Source of the DNA: Verrucomicrobiota bacterium
Lineage (GTDB): Bacteria > Verrucomicrobiota > Verrucomicrobiia > Limisphaerales > UBA9464
Assembly: GCA_039800465.1 (NCBI GenBank)
Contig: JBDLQQ010000386.1
Span: 1-37,447 of the forward strand
DNA: 37,447 nt
Direction: 5' to 3'
The notes beneath the pieces were generated by a model. It ran no database searches. It was not told the origin of the DNA and saw only the letters and a program-made list of their open reading frames with translations. Positions 35,725 through 37,447 of the stretch are shown in pieces (the first letter of the stretch is position 1; the number at the start of each line of letters is the position of its first letter). The translations under genes were made by a program, and so were the position numbers.

Positions 35725-37365
35725 ATGCATTCCTGGACCATCTCACGCCGGATCGTCACCGGATTTGCCGTCCTCCTGGCCCTCACAGCCGCCCTCGGGT
35801 TGTTTGCACTGCGGCAGATCGACGGACTCCGGACGGACATCGGTGAATTCAACGCGAACACCCTGCCGAGCGTGATCGCTCTGGGTGAAAGCTCCTCGCT
35901 GATCCGTGACAATCTGTCCGCTGCCCTGCAGTTCACGATGGCCGATTCCGATGCCAAGAGGGCGGAGATCCAGCAGCGCATCGTCGCCAACCGCGCAGAG
36001 GTCGACCGGCTGTTCGCCAGCTACGAGAAGATGTTTTCTGACAGCGAGGATCAGCGCCTTTTCGAGGAGGTGCGACGGCACCGGAGCGATTTCAAGAACG
36101 GCATGGTCGAGCTCGCCAAGATTCCTCCGGGTCCCGAGCAGCAGAAGGCCCTCGGGGAACTCATCATTCCTGCCTACGAGCGGACCGTGGCCGCACTGCG
36201 GGCCAGCATCTCCTACAACCACAACCTGGGGAACAAGGACGCCGCAGACGCCCTGAAGTCGGCCGACCGGGCCATCCGTCTGATCCTCATCGCCCTCGTG
36301 CTGTCTCTGCTGGTGGCGACGGCTTTTGCCTGGAAGGTCTCGAGTTCGTCGACCCAACTCCTGCGCCTCATAGCGGACCAGCTCGGCCATGGCGCAGGCC
36401 AGACCGCCGCTGCTGCACAACAGGTCGCAACCACCAGCCAGTCCCTGTCCCAGGGCTCCAGCGAACAGGCCGCCTCGGTCGAGGAGACCAGCGCCTCCCT
36501 CGAGGAGATGTCGAGCATGATCAAGCTCACGGCCGAAAGCGCCCAGAAGGCCAAGCTGCTCGCCTCCGAGGCGCAGGCCGCAGCCCAGGCGGGGTCGGCG
36601 ACGATGGTCGAGATGACCCAGGCCATGTCGGCCATCGACGCCTCGAGCGCCGAGGTGGCCAAGATCGTCAAGAACATCGACGAGATCGCCTTCCAGACCA
36701 ACATCCTGGCCCTCAATGCCGCCGTCGAGGCCGCCCGGGCCGGGGAGGCGGGAGCGGGGTTCGCGGTGGTTGCCGACGAGGTCCGTTCCCTCGCCCAGCG
36801 CAGCGCCGCCGCCGCGCGCGAGACCGCAGAGAAGATCGAGGCCGCCATCGAGAGCAGCCGCAATGGATCCAGGAGCTCCTCCCGCGTCGGGGAGACCCTC
36901 CGGCAGATCGCCGACAAGGTCTCGTCCACCGACACCCTCGTCGGGGACATCGCCAATTCGGCCAAGGAACAGGCCCAGGGGATCCAGCAGATCCATCAGG
37001 GCATCGCCCAGGTGGACAAGGTCACCCAGAGCAACTCCGCGAGTGCGGAGGAGAGCGCCAGCGCCGCGGAGGAACTCCACACCCAGGCCGGCGCCCTCCG
37101 CGAGATCGTGGACCGGCTCCAGCAGCTCATCGGCGGCGCCGGTGCCGTCCAGGGCAACGGGAAACCCACCCCCCAGAGGCCGTCCGGAAAGGCCGCCCGA
37201 CACGTCGTCGTGGATTCCCCCCTCCCGTCCAGCACCCGGAGGAAGACGTCGACCCCGACCTCCTCCACCGCCAGGACCCTCCCCGCCTCGGGACGCAAGG
37301 CCATCCCGATGCCCGGCGATGGCCATGGCGGCGACGCCGAGGACAAGAACTTCCGGGATTTCTGA
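35725..37365 (+). CDS. Methyl-accepting chemotaxis protein with N-terminal four-helix-bundle sensor
   Basis: 546 aa. TM1 is [21 protein letters not shown] periplasmic helical region is followed by TM2 ([18 protein letters not shown]). The conserved signalling tip is [42 protein letters not shown]. Confidence 0.95.
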   Translation: MHSWTISRRIVTGFAVLLALTAALGLFALRQIDGLRTDIGEFNANTLPSVIALGESSSLIRDNLSAALQFTMADSDAKRAEIQQRIVANRAEVDRLFASYEKMFSDSEDQRLFEEVRRHRSDFKNGMVELAKIPPGPEQQKALGELIIPAYERTVAALRASISYNHNLGNKDAADALKSADRAIRLILIALVLSLLVATAFAWKVSSSSTQLLRLIADQLGHGAGQTAAAAQQVATTSQSLSQGSSEQAASVEETSASLEEMSSMIKLTAESAQKAKLLASEAQAAAQAGSATMVEMTQAMSAIDASSAEVAKIVKNIDEIAFQTNILALNAAVEAARAGEAGAGFAVVADEVRSLAQRSAAAARETAEKIEAAIESSRNGSRSSSRVGETLRQIADKVSSTDTLVGDIANSAKEQAQGIQQIHQGIAQVDKVTQSNSASAEESASAAEELHTQAGALREIVDRLQQLIGGAGAVQGNGKPTPQRPSGKAARHVVVDSPLPSSTRRKTSTPTSSTARTLPASGRKAIPMPGDGHGGDAEDKNFRDF

Positions 37366-37395
37366 TCCCCCGACCCGTCTCGGCGGGGACCCTCC

Positions 37396-37447
37396 ATGGA
37401 CGCCTTCTCGCCAGTCCCCCTGTCCGACGACGCCTATCGGACCCTCT
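37396..37447 (+). CDS. 5' end of an ORF, possibly CheR methyltransferase (cut by window edge)
   Basis: ATG 37396 gives MDAFSPVPLSDDAYRTL. The position after an MCP gene and an LSD..(F/Y) opening fit a CheR N-terminus. Seventeen residues are too few to be sure. Confidence 0.3.
   Translation, partial: MDAFSPVPLSDDAYRTL

Noticed and set aside
32846-37326. Minus-strand ORFs of 500, 492, 229 and 527 aa opposite cheA, cheW and the MCP gene.
   Set aside because: The plus-strand products carry textbook CheA, CheW and MCP motifs. The minus-strand translations are Gly/Arg/Pro-rich low complexity.
1-37447. Whole-window scan for CRISPR arrays, rRNA genes, transposases/IS ends, integrases and phage structural genes.
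   Set aside because: I found no regularly spaced repeats, no rRNA-like conserved stretches, no DDE or tyrosine/serine recombinase-like ORFs, and no terminal inverted repeats. A by-eye scan cannot exclude small or degenerate elements.

Overview
This is a high-GC bacterial chromosomal segment: about two-thirds G+C in the 60-nt lines I counted by hand. It probably comes from a PVC-group, Verrucomicrobiota-like organism. That is an inference from the PEP-CTERM proteins, the GldG/DUF4340 ABC module and a pseudopilin-domain lipoprotein. All family calls rest on motifs I recognise by eye; no searches were run.

Gene order, left to right:
- HigB (cut by the window edge) and HigA toxin-antitoxin pair.
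- Tricorn-type S41 protease.
- A long minus-strand envelope cluster: HtrA protease, ABC-2 ATPase, ABC-2 permease, GldG-like protein, DUF4340 protein, AsmA-like protein.
- DUF2851 protein.
- A translationally coupled heterodimeric ABC exporter pair with one degenerate ATP site.
- A small membrane protein.
- A 570-nt non-coding tract, then tRNA-Thr(TGT).
- A lower-GC accessory islet of about 2.2 kb: a lipoprotein with a GspG-like domain, two small orphan proteins, and an RHH antitoxin followed by a 15-codon PIN-toxin remnant.
- Two glycoside-hydrolase-like genes (PF10091/GH144-like and GH95-like).
- An orphan EboE-like TIM-barrel gene.
- A three-gene secreted/PEP-CTERM surface module.
- A UbiD-family decarboxylase.
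- A chemotaxis block: cheA, cheW, an MCP gene, and a possible cheR start at the window edge.

The standout is the 260-aa product of 30370-31152. It has a signal peptide, then a domain about 60% identical by eye and gap-free to eukaryotic ubiquitin. That domain lacks the Gly-Gly tail and six of the seven ubiquitin lysines. A C-terminal domain of unknown type and a PEP-CTERM anchor follow. The ubiquitin-coding stretch is also a low-GC patch inside its own gene.

I found no CRISPR array, rRNA, transposase or integrase.
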